Part shown: positions 36,213 through 49,499 of the stretch, one piece after another
Layout: each line of letters opens with the position of its first letter
Numbering within the stretch: the first letter of the stretch is position 1
Source of the DNA: Octopus sinensis
Lineage: Eukaryota
Assembly (NCBI RefSeq): GCF_006345805.1
Contig: NC_043002.1
Coordinates: forward strand, 87,854,001-87,918,000
DNA length: 64,000 nt
Direction of reading: 5' to 3'
Notes under the pieces: generated by a model
Databases searched by the model: none
What the model saw: the letters and a program-made list of their open reading frames with translations, nothing else
What the model was told of the DNA's origin: nothing
Translations under genes and position numbers: made by a program

Positions 36213-37518
36213 ATTGTGTTCAGCTACGATTATGATGTACCACATCAGTAGGATGCTGGCTTACAGTTGGAAAGGTTTGCAATTCAACTTGGGTCGTCTG
36301 TTATCTCTTGTTCAAATTTAACATGAAGAATGGTGGGGTAGTGCTCATCACTTTCACTCTCCAAACACACCACTTCGATACTATTGATAGCCTTTAGTTT
36401 GATTTAGATATCAGGGCTATGGCTATACTGGAGCCCCGCTTTCTACATGCAAATAAAAAGATGACATTGAACGGGATATAAAGGGGAAGAGAGAAGAGAT
36501 TGAATTATATTAATGAAATTGAAACTACAACCTTGTTATCATGAATCGAACACCTAAACCATAAGACCGTAGATTTTCACTAACTCTTTTTCGCTATATA
36601 AGAGACAGCAGAAACTGACTGTTCAAGGATATGTGGTTTTTAGAACAGAGGAGTATTTTTATACTTTGTATAGTAAAGTTTAAATCTTCCCATGGACAAA
36701 AATGTGTGATTGACTGGTGCTATAACCGAGGACAGAGAAATATCTAAACTATTTAGGGTCTTAAAAGACTGATCAGTGCACAGTGACATTTGATAAATGG
36801 CCTTGAATAAATGGGTAAATATGTTTTGGAAAACGTGACAAGTGAAAATGCCATGAAATCCATTAAATCAGGGCGTAACTTAGCATACACTTTGATATAT
36901 TCTAATATATTCCCTGCATCTACCCTATAACGCTTGAAGGGTTGATAAATAAAGAGAAAAGTAGAGATTAAAAAGAAACAGTTTGCATGTGTGATAGCCT
37001 ATGCGTGCTTTAAGTACATATTCGCGCACATACGTACGCATACATGTACACGTAGTAAAATTACGTCACTTATGTTTGTATGAGAGATGGTTACATGATA
37101 GCTCATTAAGTATGAGGATTCTCAGCTTTGTTCTCCACGAAAACAAAGAGAAAATAAATATATAAGATATTCGTAAAATGAATAACTCGTAGGCACTCAT
37201 ATGTTCTTTCTCCACAAACATGAAGAGAGATGGCCATCACTAGTTTATAAATATGTACGCACAGGCAACAGTGGTAGAAGAACGGAAATAATTCCACGTG
37301 ATACATTACCGTACATGCATAATGACATCAAGGACAAGTTAAGAGTAAATGATAAATTCACTGAGTAGACAAAAATGCAGGTGATCCGTACTTTATCAAA
37401 CATACATACTAGCATACAGCACACATGTACACACATATCTATATCATTACATATATGTGTGATTTTGTATGTATGTGTGTATATGCGTGTGTGTATGTGA
37501 GAGAGAGAAAGAGAGCAT

Positions 37519-37569
<51 letters not shown>

Positions 37570-37836
37570 TATAATAAAAGTTGACCACTAAGTGGACATC
37601 CAATATGCTAGAAGAAGATCACCTACGATCTAACCACTAAGAAAAGAATGTTCTTTAGAGAAATTCAGCAAACACCAGAACATTATTTAAATTTTATTTA
37701 AATTATTTAAATTATATATATATAACATTGATCATAAGCTCCAATTTCTAAATACACATAGAATGCTCTGAATTAATCCTTCAATGAAACTAATTAGTAT
37801 GTATCATACGTAGTCTGTGTGTGTGCGCACGCGAGC

Positions 37837-37908
<72 letters not shown>

Positions 37909-38479
37909 TGATTTATGTATTAATGTAATATTTTCTAATTTAATATCTTTGCTCATTAGGCCCTCAGGAGGTATTTTCAGTATTTTTTTTAAGGCAGGCT
38001 TGTTGAGATTGCCTTTAAACATGAGCGGTGTTTCACCTTCTACTTTCTGGTTGCTTTATAATCAGCTCTTTTGTGGCCGACATCAAATTTATAGCAGAGT
38101 TTTCTATGTAAGCTGAAGAAACGAGTTGTAACAGAAACATAGAATGTTGCCGTAACGTGAATACGAGCAAATTTCCCAATATGAACACGTAAGAGTATAT
38201 GGGCATCGAGATTCATTCTTAGTGTTACTCACTGCACTTAGGTATTGGTTATAATTTCGACTAATTTCCATTTAGCTGTAGAGCATTCTCAACGAACAAA
38301 ATTTGAAATATGTACTTGTGATGTCCATATATGTCAAATTAGAAAACCCATTCCCTCACACACGCATGCACACAAATGTGTATGTATTTTTGTGCATGCA
38401 TATTCATGTCTTTTTATAGGTGCCTATGTCCGTGTCTGTTATTGTGGAAGGACTGGTCTTATGTCTAAAAGCGACGCAT

Positions 38480-38900
38480 GGGCGGCAGGTTCGGTTGTAT
38501 GGTAAGAGGTTTATTTTCCAGACGCATGGTTCCGGGTTCAGTTCCACTGCGTGGTTCCTTGGGTAAGTATCTTCTATAATAGTCTAGGGGCCGAGCAAAA
38601 CCTTGTGAGTCGATTTGTTAGACAGAAACTGAAAGAAGCCCGTCGCATATATTATGTGTGGGTGGGTGCGCGCGCGTGAGTGTCTTTGTGTCTGCGTTTG
38701 TCCCCCACTATCACTACAATCAGTCTTTGTTTGCTTATGCCCACGTAACTTAGCGGTTCTGCAATAGACACCGATAGAATAAGTAGTAAGCTTTAAAAAT
38801 AAGTACTGGGGGTCGATTCGTCCGACTGGAATTCTTCAAGGGGGTGCCCCAGCATGGCCTCAGACTAATGACTGAAACGAATACGATAAAATATAAAATA
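38480..38900 (+). mobile_element. SINE family B (diverged)
   Basis: ggttccgggttcagttccactgcgtgg head; ccagcatggcc..gactgaaac tail. Confidence 0.85.
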
Positions 38901-39304
38901 AGTGATTTCTGTGTAAGTAATCAAAATATTAAGTGCTCGACACCGTGTTGGACAAAAGCAATTTTTTTTTCTTTATACAGCACCAAACCGTCTAACTGAT
39001 TGTATAAATGGGAAACTTAAAGTTACGACAATGAACATCAGACAAAAGCATATGATTATACCCGACAAATATTTTCAGTACTTTTTCTTTTATTCCTCTT
39101 ATACAATACACATGCGCGCGGGCGTGTCTGTGTGTGTGTGTATTTGTAACAGGGATAAAGTATTTCGTAGGTATATCAATAGTATTCGTGCAAAGTTTAG
39201 TAAAGAACTCAACGAAGTAGAATAATTACGTTTTGAGTGATAATGATATATAAAAACGACTTGAAATGATACGAGAAAAGTAAAATGAGGTATATGTGTG
39301 GATG

Positions 39305-39497
39305 TATTGATTTCAAATTTTGGCACAAAGCCACTAAGTTCGGGGGAAGTCGATGATATCGACCCCAGTGCTTAACTGGTACTTATTTTATCGACCTGAA
39401 AATGATAGGTAAAGTTGACTTCGGCAAAATTTAAACGATGAAATGCAGCTAGGAATTTTGTCCGGTGTACTAATGATTCTACCAGTTCGCTGCCTTA
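39305..39497 (-). mobile_element. SINE family A (diverged)
   Basis: atcgaccccagt...aactggtacttattttatcgacc. Confidence 0.75.
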
Positions 39498-40817
39498 TGT
39501 ATAACCATCTGAAGATGAATGAATATATATATTTTATGATTTCACTGGCCGATGATCCATTTTCTAGCGAAGATGCACAGCTAAGTTTTACATACACACA
39601 AAGGCGTTATCAACATGCAACTAGACAAGTGCTTAAAGTGTACTCGTTTTATACATTCTGGCTCTAACAGACTCATCTCGCCTGCTCCCTTCGCAGACAG
39701 TTTGATAGAATGACAGACAGACAGACAGACAGACAGGTATATGATATTCCATGTTTTCCCTGAGAAGTACCTAGACATTTCAACTTTTCGGTTAAACGTT
39801 GTTTTCTTAACACATACTCAAACTTTGGTCAAAGGCATTCCTACAGTCATAACTGTCTATTACTTAGTTATCGTCTTATCTTCCTTAAGACTCGATGTTC
39901 TAACATGAATGAACTTTGACTATTATCTCTAACAGCACAAGCGACAGTATTGAGTCGCCTTCGTCAACTGTCGCCTACAAGTATAATTGCCTCAGTGCTA
40001 AGTCAAAAGTTATCAATGTTAATGGGAAAACAAAACTTAAATCTTTTCAATGTTATATATTGAAATATTTCCGATCGTAGAAGCAAACACTTGTCAAAGC
40101 AAATCAGCAGAAGATGATGGCGTTGTTTGCTGACATGACAGAACGAGAACACGGCTTTCTGGAAAAGCCTCCATTTCATTATTTATTCACGTGCTGATCA
40201 TTCATTTGCGTAATATCTTAGATAACCCTAAAGCTTACAATTCTTCAATGTTCATGTATTTTCTTGTATTACGTGAATGCGTGTGTGTGTCTGTCTGTCT
40301 GTCTACATTATGCGTTGTATGTATATGTGTGTGTATTAGCGTACGTGTGTGTCTGTATATATATGCATAAGTTGTATGCGCGCACGCTAGTGTATGTGTG
40401 TGTGTGGACAGCCGATATTATTTGGCACAAGCTGTTTCATTTTACTCGTGTCATTTTAAATATTCAGTATTATTACAGCTTGAGATAACGGAATTTATTG
40501 AGAAAAATTTTGTTTAGTGAATTTAATGAATTTAATCGTTAAAATAAACACAGCTAAATACGCAACATTTGTTTGGAATTACGGTAAACAGAATGAAGTA
40601 CCCTGCCTAAGTGGGATTATTTAAAATAAATAAGATAATACTTTTCTATTTATTAATTTATTTATCGTAAGAGATCAATAAATTGATTTATTGCACAGGC
40701 GTAAGTTGTCATTCATATTCTTAGATAAGGAGAAATATAACTGTGTGAGATTCATGCCTTTTTTATATTCTATATTGGATCTAATGAAAAATCGAAACCA
40801 TGCTCTCTTCTCAACAG

Positions 40818-40929
40818 GGCTGGTGCTACACTGAAGGCAGACAAGGCGATCGTCAAGAGCAGGGTTTCTAATTACAGGGGCGTGGACCAGTACCGAACAG
40901 CGGATCATCTTTTTATACCGGACCACACA
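40818..40929 (+). CDS. Candidate 112-bp internal coding exon of an unidentified gene
   Basis: Acceptor ctctcttctcaacag, donor CA/GTAAGA, open frame AGATLKADKAIVKSRVSNYRGVDQYRTADHLFIPDHT, GC-elevated against flanks. Confidence 0.45.
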
Positions 40930-41290
40930 GTAAGAATAAATCATTAATTTTATTTCTATGTTATTGACTACTGCAGTCTGCAGGTTGTTTTTGTATTATA
41001 TATGTGATAATTAAATTATATATTATATGATATATTGTGTGTTGTTATGCGCTGGATCCTCCGGTTCGTGGGAAAATTGCCTTTCATAAAACCCACCCAC
41101 TGTCTAAAAAGCGTTGGGGAGCACTAAAATCTATGGTGCCACACAAATCCTGAACAACTTAAAATGTATTATTTCAATTAAAAACTCGAAATCTCAGTAA
41201 TAGAGTATGAAAGATCCCTTTCAGAACAGAGGAGAGTGGACGGAATAGGAGTGGGGGAAGGTAATTGAGACGAGAAGGCTGTATAGTGTT

Positions 41291-41669
41291 ACTAGCAGTA
41301 TCGCCCGGCGTTGCTCAGGTTTGTAAGGGAAATAACTATAAAGCATTTTTAGAGAGTTATAGCCAAAAAATAGCAACAAAATGGAAAAAAATTATGGTAA
41401 ATTTTTTTTGAGAGTTAAAAAGGTCGAGTTGCGTCCCCTAGACAGTCTGTGGTTTGTGTTTCTGATTCTCGACCCCATGTCGAATTTATCGATTTTTTTC
41501 AGAACTGGGGGAACTTTTCAAAATTTTCGCTGCGTTAGTTTTGAATTATGACATTGGGCTATTTGTGTGTCAAGTTTCATCAGAATCGGTTGAAAGTCAG
41601 GGTGAGGGTACAACCTGACAGACACACAGACACACAGACAGACAAACTGCCGTTTATATAGAGAGAGAT
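41291..41669 (-). mobile_element. Non-autonomous Helitron-like element
   Basis: Minus strand 5' TC..tatataa then (GTCT)-like tract; 3' GC-rich hairpin followed by CTAG. Confidence 0.75.
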
Positions 41670-42189
41670 GACGTGTCACGTGATCAGATGTGGAACATTT
41701 ATAGTTCTGTCTGATAACAGACTTGCTCAGTGATATACACGATAATAGTCCTACACATTTCTTGTGCCTAAGTTAACTAATTTTTCAACCGTATTTTTCA
41801 CCTTGTGTAAAGAGAGTTATGGCTGAAGGAATTTGTAGAAAAATTTGTTTAAGTGGGCGAACAGAGGAGGGTTGAGAAAACCGGGGCACATTTTAGGGCT
41901 GAGAAAAGGAGGGAAATGTAGGACTGACAGGAGACGTTAAGCATTTTGGTACCGGCACTGATTCTTGGTTCTTGTAACTTTGCACTGTTTTCATACTGGT
42001 ACTTAACGCACCACGGGGTCTACAGCCAGAGATAGAGAGATTTAGGTAAACGAGATCTCGAGTTTTAGGTTGTTGGTGCTGTTGTCTTCTTCCAATCAGG
42101 ACTCACGCCATTAGCCTCAAACAATAATCTCTAATTCGAGCCTACTCTAAGCTACTAAGAATGTTTGTGACAACTTGAAGATCCACCCA

Positions 42190-42365
42190 GCACAAGCGAG
42201 AAACTTGTGGTGAAAGAGTACAGCGGGGTTCACCCCCGCCGGAGCCTCGTGGACTTTAGGTGTTTTTCTCAGTAAACACTCACAATGCTCGGTCTGGGAA
42301 TCGAAACCGTGTTCTTACAACCGCGAGTCCACTGTCCTAACCGCTGGGCCATTGAGCCTCCACTG
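42190..42365 (-). mobile_element. tRNA-SINE family D
   Basis: Matches 45260-45535 and 47100-47402 (ggtctgggaatcgaaaccg...cctaaccRctgggcc). Confidence 0.8.
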
Positions 42366-42953
42366 GTGCTGTTGTCGTTTAGTCACCAAGTTAACTTTTC
42401 GTTGAGCAGGCCTATGATGAATAGTAATCCTTCTGTGACCATCCTGTTCTATTTGATTTTTAGCCACAATGTATGTAAGATCGCATAATCCAGTGTCCCC
42501 TTTTTACGAGGTTGCGAAGTTGATTTTGTTTTGATTGGTTTTGTTTGAAATCGATTTGGTTACTATTTTATTCGGATCGAATGACAATGTAGCGGTAATT
42601 TTTGTGTTTTTTCTCTAGAAATTAACGAAATTAGAGACAAGGATATATCTCAGTAGGAATATAACTAGTACGGCATCAATAAGAAAACAGAATAGCTTTA
42701 CTCTCTTTCTGATAAGGTACTAAAAACTGGTTAATTGATCATGGTAGCGTTCACACATTTCTCATTGGTGGTGCATTAGGAAAGAAATATGGCGTCAAAT
42801 GGTTAGTGAATGAATCCGAGTAATATTCATGACAAGTGATTTTTCGCCTTCCTTCGATGTATTTTATCACAGCACTATCTTGAGAGAGAGAGAGAGCGGC
42901 AGGGAGAGGAGAGGTAGAGAGAGAAAGAGGGAAACAAACAAGGAAAGAGAGAG

Positions 42954-42988
<35 letters not shown>

Positions 42989-43296
42989 AAATTTTGAAAT
43001 TAAAATTTATGTAATATTCTAAGAATTTCGCCTCCATTTTTTTTTCTTCACTTTGTCAAATGAAATAATTCTTATACACCATCGTTAAATCAAATTAATT
43101 GTGTCCTTGTCAATGTGCAAAGAGACCGTATTCCAGGACACGCCTGCTTTTGGTTCCTTGTTCAAGTCACGCCCTTTCACTGCAATTAGCAACGGCTTAA
43201 ATTCCAATTAAGTCTTAATAATTACATGACGCATATTTAAAAATATGGTATCTATATGGCGAACGGAATGAGTGATTATTATATGTTTCCTGTTTG

Positions 43297-43911
43297 AGTA
43301 GAAAAGATTATCATTATTATTACTATTAATCGACTGGGACCCTCCCCACAAATTTTAGGCCTTGTGCCTTCAGTAGAAAAGATTATCATTATTATTACTA
43401 TTAATCGACTGGTCCTCTCCCCACAAATTTTAGGCCTTGTGCCTTCAGTAGAAAAGATTATCATTATTATTACTATTAATCGACTGGTCCCCTCCCCCAA
43501 AATTTTAGGCCTTGTGCCTTCAGTAGAAAAGATTATCATTATTATTACTATTAATCGACTGGTCCCCTCCCCCAAAATTTTAGGCCTTGTGCCTTCAGTA
43601 GAAAAGATTATCATTATTATTACTATTAATCGACTGGTCCCCTCCCCCAAAATTTTAGGCCTTGTGCCTTCAGTAGAAAAGATTATCATTATTATTACTA
43701 TTAATCGACTGGTCCTCTCCCCCAAAATTTTAGGCCTTGTGCCTTCAGTAGAAAAGATTATCATTATTATTACTATTAATCGACTGGTCCCCTCCCCAAA
43801 AATTTTAGGCCTTGTGCCTTCAGTAGAAAAGATTATCATTATTATTACTATTAATCGACTGGTCCCCTCCCCCAAAATTTTAGGCCTTGTGCCTTCAGTA
43901 GAAAAGATTAT
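43297..43911. repeat. 75-bp minisatellite, ~8 copies, derived from a SINE A tail
   Basis: Unit agtagaaaagattatcattattattactattaatcgactggtcccctcccccaaaattttaggccttgtgccttc. Confidence 0.95.
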
Positions 43912-44015
43912 TTGTATCCTGTTTGAAAATTGCGCATACTACTGACGTTTATATTATACTTTTGCATGTATGGTGAGAAACACTTCTCTACATTTGCTTG
44001 AAGAAAGAAATATTT

Positions 44016-44115
44016 NNNNNNNNNNNNNNNNNNNNNNNNNNNNNNNNNNNNNNNNNNNNNNNNNNNNNNNNNNNNNNNNNNNNNNNNNNNNNNNNNNNNN
44101 NNNNNNNNNNNNNNN
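44016..44115. other. Assembly gap (100 N)
   Basis: Run of N. Confidence 1.
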
Positions 44116-44228
44116 GATTCCTTTCTTTAGCTGCTCCCCTAACAGTATTTGTGAGACGGATACAAGCGCAAAGACGTTTGCCCCACCTACACATATTGTG
44201 TACATGAAGATATAATATATAATATATA

Positions 44229-44264
<36 letters not shown>

Positions 44265-44266
<2 letters not shown>

Positions 44267-44431
44267 CGCAGGAGTGGCTGGTGTGGTAAGTAGCTTGCTA
44301 ACCAACCACATGGTTCCGGGTTCAGTCCCGCTGCGTGGCATCTTGGGCAAGTGTCTTCTGTTATAGCTCCGGGCCGACCAATGCCTTGTGAGTGGATTTG
44401 GTAGACGGAAACTGAAAAGAAGCCGTCGTAG

Positions 44432-44486
<55 letters not shown>

Positions 44487-44672
44487 ATATAGACGCAGGA
44501 GTGGCTGTGTGGTAAGTAGCTTTGATAAACCAACCACATGGTTCCGGGTTCAGTCCCGCTGCGTGGCATCTTGGGCAAGTGTCTTCTGTTATAGCTCCGG
44601 GCCGACCAATGCCTTGTGAGTGGATTTGGTAGACGGAAACTTGAAAAGAGCCTGTCGTATAATATATATATA

Positions 44673-44729
<57 letters not shown>

Positions 44730-44945
44730 AATGTGTTTGTGTGTCTGTGTTTATCTCCCTAGCATTGCTTGACAACCGATGTTGGTGTGTTTACGTCCCC
44801 GTAACTTAGCGGTTCGGCAAGAGACCGATAGAATAAGTACTGGGCTTACAAGGAATAAGTCCCGGGGTCAATTTGCTCGACTTAAGGCAGTGCTCCAGCA
44901 TGGCCGCAGTCAAATGACTGAAACAAGTAAAAGAGTAAAAGAGTA
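44265..44945 (+). mobile_element. SINE family B with duplicated 5' half
   Basis: Near-identical heads at 44265 and 44492 separated by (TA)n; one tail. Confidence 0.9.
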
Positions 44946-45535
44946 TATGGGATTGCACCTAGAAAGTTACCCTCCCAGGCACAAGTCTGGGCAAGGTTGT
45001 TTCTGGAAGACCAGCAGTCGCCTATACACCACCAGTGTTATCCAAAGGAAAGCAACGGCTGATACAGCTTGGCACCTGTGACGTCGCAACTCATTTCTAC
45101 AGCTGAGTGAACTGGAGCAACGTGAAATAAAGTGTCTTGCTCAAGAACACAACACGCATGCCGGTCCAGGATTCGAAATCACAACCTCACGATCTTAAGC
45201 TCGACGCTCTAACAAGTGAGTCATGGACAATATATATATATGTGTGTGTGTGTGTGCCTAGCTAGGCTCATGGGCCCGGTTTCCCGGTTTCAGTGGTGTA
45301 TGTATTCCCCCCAACTGGACGGACGCAAGTCCATCGCACCGTTACTCAAGAAACAGGAAGAAAGAGTGGAAGAGAGTTGGGGCGAAAGAGAACAACAGGG
45401 GTCGCCCCCTCCTCCTACGGAGCCTCGTGGAGCTTTTCGCTCAATAAACAAACACAACGCCCGGTCTGGGAATCGAAACCGTGATCATCAGACCGCGAGT
45501 TCGCTGCTCTAACCACTGGGCCATTGCGCCTCCAC
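44946..45535 (-). mobile_element. SINE family C-related copy followed by a family D copy
   Basis: actggagcaacgtgaaataaagtgtcttgctcaag; ggtctgggaatcgaaaccg. Confidence 0.8.
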
Positions 45536-46112
45536 ACACACATACATCGCTCGCATATGACCGTTATTTGAAAGGACCGATCAAACAAATCTATTTTTAA
45601 AGGTGTATCGTTTATGCTAGTTTTGACCAAATTGTCATCTCGGTTCTATTTTAACAAAACTGTCAGACGAACTGGAACGTGAAACTCCGAGTAACAGCTT
45701 TTGTTAAATTTCTGCTGCTTTTAAATAAAGTATTATAATATATTATTATATATTATTATTATTATATTATTATATTAATTTATTGATACAGGAGAGATAT
45801 TTATTAATTTTTAGAAGTACACAATTCTAATCTCCTTCATCTGACTTGAATACACTTGTAGCGTTCCAGTCATTTCGCCAAGACTCCATGAAAGTCCTCC
45901 AAAGTGAAGGTGTCCAGGACCTTTGTCCTAGCTTCCTCATCTTCAAATTTTCTCCTTCAGCTTGGCGGAGCAACTAAAAGTCACAGGGAGCAAGGTTTTG
46001 ACTGCAGAGAGACTGAGAGACAGTTTTGATGCCCATTTCTGTTAAGTAGCTGATGACCAGTATGCTCGGCACTGAGCATCTTGAGAACAAACTTTGCACG
46101 AATGTTGACCAT

Positions 46113-46522
46113 ACTCTTTTACTTGTTTCACTCATTTGACTGTGGCCATGCTGGAGCACCGCCTTTAGTCGGTCAAATCGAACCCAGGACTTATTCTTTG
46201 TAAACCTAGTACTTATTCTATCGGACTCTCTTTTGCCGAACCGCTAAGTTACAGGGACGTAAACACACCAGCATCGGTTGTTAAGTGAAGTTGGGGGGGG
46301 ACAAACACAGACACAAAAACATATACACACACATATGCATATATATATATACATACATACGACGAGCTTCTTTCAGTTTCCGTCTACCAAATCCACTCAC
46401 AAGGCTTTGGTCGGCCCCAGGCTATAATAGAAGACACTTACCCAACGTGCCAAGCAGTAGGACTGAACCCGGAACCATGTGGTTCGTAAGCCAGCTACTT
46501 ATCACACAGCCACTCCTACGCC
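46113..46522 (-). mobile_element. SINE family B within an old decayed repeat (~45790-46900, possibly mariner)
   Basis: Full antisense family B copy; flank identity is uncertain. Confidence 0.8.
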
Positions 46523-47066
46523 TATTTCAGATCTTCATAATAATTCAGTCTACAAATGTTTCATCATCGCCAAACTTATTGCTTATTGTCTCTATAGATA
46601 CTCGACGGTTTCATACGGAAAATTGGGAATTTTCTCAAACAGCTTTGATATTCTGAATATTCTGACATCCTTTTCCCTCCCACGCCTATTATTAATCGTC
46701 TTCTCTCTGCCGTCCTTGGGTAGCCTCTTATGCCAGTGAAAACGTTATCCCACAAGCAGATTGTAGTATTTCTTAAGTTACTGTAGAATTTTTGTCCAGC
46801 TTAACACAAAACTTTATTGCACAGAATGCTTACGAATGTCCCGACTGCATTCTGAAAACTATCAGCTGTGACAAGTAGTGTTTAGTAGAGTGTTTCCAAG
46901 GTGCTGCTACTCTTGTTTTCTTTAATCTGGAATAACAAAAGTTGGCTGGTTAGATGTATTGTAATGATATTCTATAATTTCAATAATCTAGGACAGTCAC
47001 AACGTCCGCTTCCTAAAAACCAGAAAACATTTGGAATGCATCTCATATGTATGTATGTACCTATTC

Positions 47067-47099
<33 letters not shown>

Positions 47100-47105
<6 letters not shown>

Positions 47106-47402
47106 TTGATCACGTGACCGACCAGGCTATCAGATGTTGCTACACATCGCTGGTCACAATGCACTTCGCATTGTTTTAGCCTTAAAATGACGCCACCCTG
47201 CTGGCTAAGCGAGCAGGTCAACAGACGAAAGAGTGAGAGAAAGTTGCGGCGAAAGAGTACAGCAGCGATCGCCACCATCCCCTGCCGGAGCCTCGAGGAG
47301 CTTTGATATTTTCGCTCAACAAATACTCGCAACGCCCGGTCTGGAAATCGAAAACCGCGATCCTACGACGCGAGTCCGCTGCCCTAACCACTGGGCCTCC
47401 AC
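47100..47402 (-). mobile_element. tRNA-SINE family D
   Basis: Minus-strand head ggcccagtggttagggcagcggactcg..ggttttcgatttcc. Confidence 0.85.
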
Positions 47403-47463
47403 ACAACACCACACAACACACACACACATATAATAGATATATATATATATATATAATATATAT

Positions 47464-47499
<36 letters not shown>

Positions 47500-47500
<1 letters not shown>

Positions 47501-48108
47501 TAATATACGTTTAAATATTTGTTGTGCAAGATTTTTTATGTGAAGTCGTGTGTTGAAACAGATATTGTTGTATTAGGAATGGTCATGTTGCCAGTTTAGC
47601 CAATAAAAACACACGCACTATATATTTGGTGTTACTTTGCTTCAGTGTTATTTATTTTTTACATTAATCTTAATCTTATTTCGGCCAGAGTTCTTTCGTC
47701 ACACTCCTGTGACCGCATCAGTGGTCCTTTGTTTTCTTCTTACTTATTTGTGTCTCTCCTTACTAACTGTCAGGCATTTTGTATTCTATTGTATGTCTTC
47801 ATTTGCGCATGCTTATATCTCTATGTGCGTTTATGTTTATTTAGTGTGTGTATGTGGGGGATGCCTGTATATTTGTATCTTCTGTTTATATATGTTCATG
47901 TAATTGTAATTTTTTTATATGTTCATGTAATTTGTATTTTGTATTTTTTTTGTTTTTGTTTATTCTTATTTTGTTCATGTGTTTACATCCACCCATTATT
48001 ATCATTACATATGCTTGTATGTATGTATGTATGTATGTATAACAACAATACTAGTAATAATAATAATAAATTGAATCGAAAAAAAAATATATATATTCAT
48101 ATATATAC

Positions 48109-48151
<43 letters not shown>

Positions 48152-48703
48152 TTTATTTCTATTAGTTTATTTATTTATCTGTGTATTTATTATGTTTTCA
48201 GGATCCTCTATCGTCATATGTTGTGGTGTGTGTTAGTACTCCATTCTAGTTTTCTATTCAGGCTAGGTTTATTTTCTATTATGTGTGTAGCTTCTGTAAT
48301 TTGTCTAATTGTTGCATCTGATCTATGTGTGGATAATATTTTAATTTCTATGTTATTGATTGATCCCCCGTGTTCTTGTTCGGCGTGTTGGTACAGAATC
48401 GATGAGGTTTTACCTTCCTTGAGTTGTCTCCAATGTCATTTACTCGCTCTCCTATGCTTCTTGCCGTTTCCCCTCCGTATGTCGTTGTCTTGTTACTGCA
48501 TCGTCCCTCTATACATCTTATACTATAGACTACATTTCTGGCTTTACAGTTTGTTTGTGGGCTAAATCTACATACAGTACAGTACTTATCCGAAATAAGA
48601 TTAAGATTAATGTAAAAAATAAATAACACTGAAGCAAAGTAACACCAAATATATAGTGCGTGTGTTTTTATTGGCTAAACTGGCAAAATGACCATTCCTA
48701 AAT

Positions 48704-48713
<10 letters not shown>
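47500..48713 (-). mobile_element. 5'-truncated Penelope-like element: GIY-YIG, 3' UTR, HHR and inverted terminal segment
   Basis: CTVC...C..RNVVYSIRC...YGGETAR, frameshift, then HWRQ...RQITEA..I..LNRKLEW; 47562-47684 is inverted at 48590-48713; (TA)n on both sides. Confidence 0.88.
47683..47727 (-). ncRNA. Minimal hammerhead ribozyme variant
   Basis: GGACCA-CTGATGC-G-GTCACA-ggag-TGTGAC-GAAA-GAAC-TC-TGGCC; A9 replaced by C. Confidence 0.65.
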
Positions 48714-48736
<23 letters not shown>

Positions 48737-48738
48737 GA

Positions 48739-48769
<31 letters not shown>

Positions 48770-48799
48770 AGCCAAATGAGACAATAACCTGCGGCCTAT

Positions 48800-49490
48800 A
48801 AAATGAGACCATAACCTGTGGCCTATGCCAGGAGCGTAACCAGCCCGCTTATGCGTAACTTTTCCTTCTTTGGTCACTAAACTCTGCTTGCGAAGACCTG
48901 TTGAGGCAAGTGAAATCAAAATCAAATTCGACGTCTGGCATCCGTGCTAGCGGGGTGCAAAGAGCACCAAAAGAGCACCATACGAGGGTGATCGTTGACA
49001 GAGCGGCTAACCGGCTTCCGTACCAGTGGAACATAAAAGGGCACCATTCGAGTGTGATCGTTACCAGCGTCGCCTTACTGGCACTTGTGCCTGTGCTAGT
49101 AGGGTGCCAAGAGCACCATCCGAGTGTGATCGTTACCGGAGCAGCCAACTGGCTCCGTGCCGGTGGCACGTAAAAAGGGCACCATTCGAGCGTGATCATT
49201 ACCAACGTCGCCTTACTGGCACCTGTACCGGTGGCATGTGTAAAACAATTCGGGCGAGGTCATTGCCAGTACCGCCCGACTGACCCCCGTGCCGGTGGCA
49301 CGTAAAAATCACCCACTACTCTCTCGGAGTGGTTGGCGTTAGGAAGGGCATCCAGCTGTAGAAACTCTGCCAGATCAAGATTGGAGCCTGGTGCGGCCGT
49401 CTGGTTCGCCAACCCTCACTCAAAATCGTCCAACCCATGCTAGCATGGAAAGCGGCCGTTAAACGATGATGATGATGATGATGATGATGT
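48800..49490 (+). mobile_element. SINE-like retroposon with internal tandem repeats and (GAT)n tail
   Basis: Repeated gcaccattcgagYgtgatc; ggttggcgttaggaagggcatccagc; tail aaacgatgatgatg. Confidence 0.8.
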
Positions 49491-49499
49491 TATATGATA

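Noticed and set aside
38110-38155. CTGAAGA...GAAACATAGAATGTT possible HHR
   Set aside because: Stem III is plausible, but stems I and II do not pair.
41570-41590. Minus-strand CTGATGA followed by AAC
   Set aside because: It is part of the Helitron-like body and has no stem II or downstream GAAA/NUH arrangement.
43279-43945. CRISPR-like array or repeat-protein gene
   Set aside because: There are no variable spacers, the unit derives from a SINE tail, and the context is eukaryotic.
43954-44775. 273-aa ORF
   Set aside because: It spans an N gap, antisense SINE B and TA repeats.
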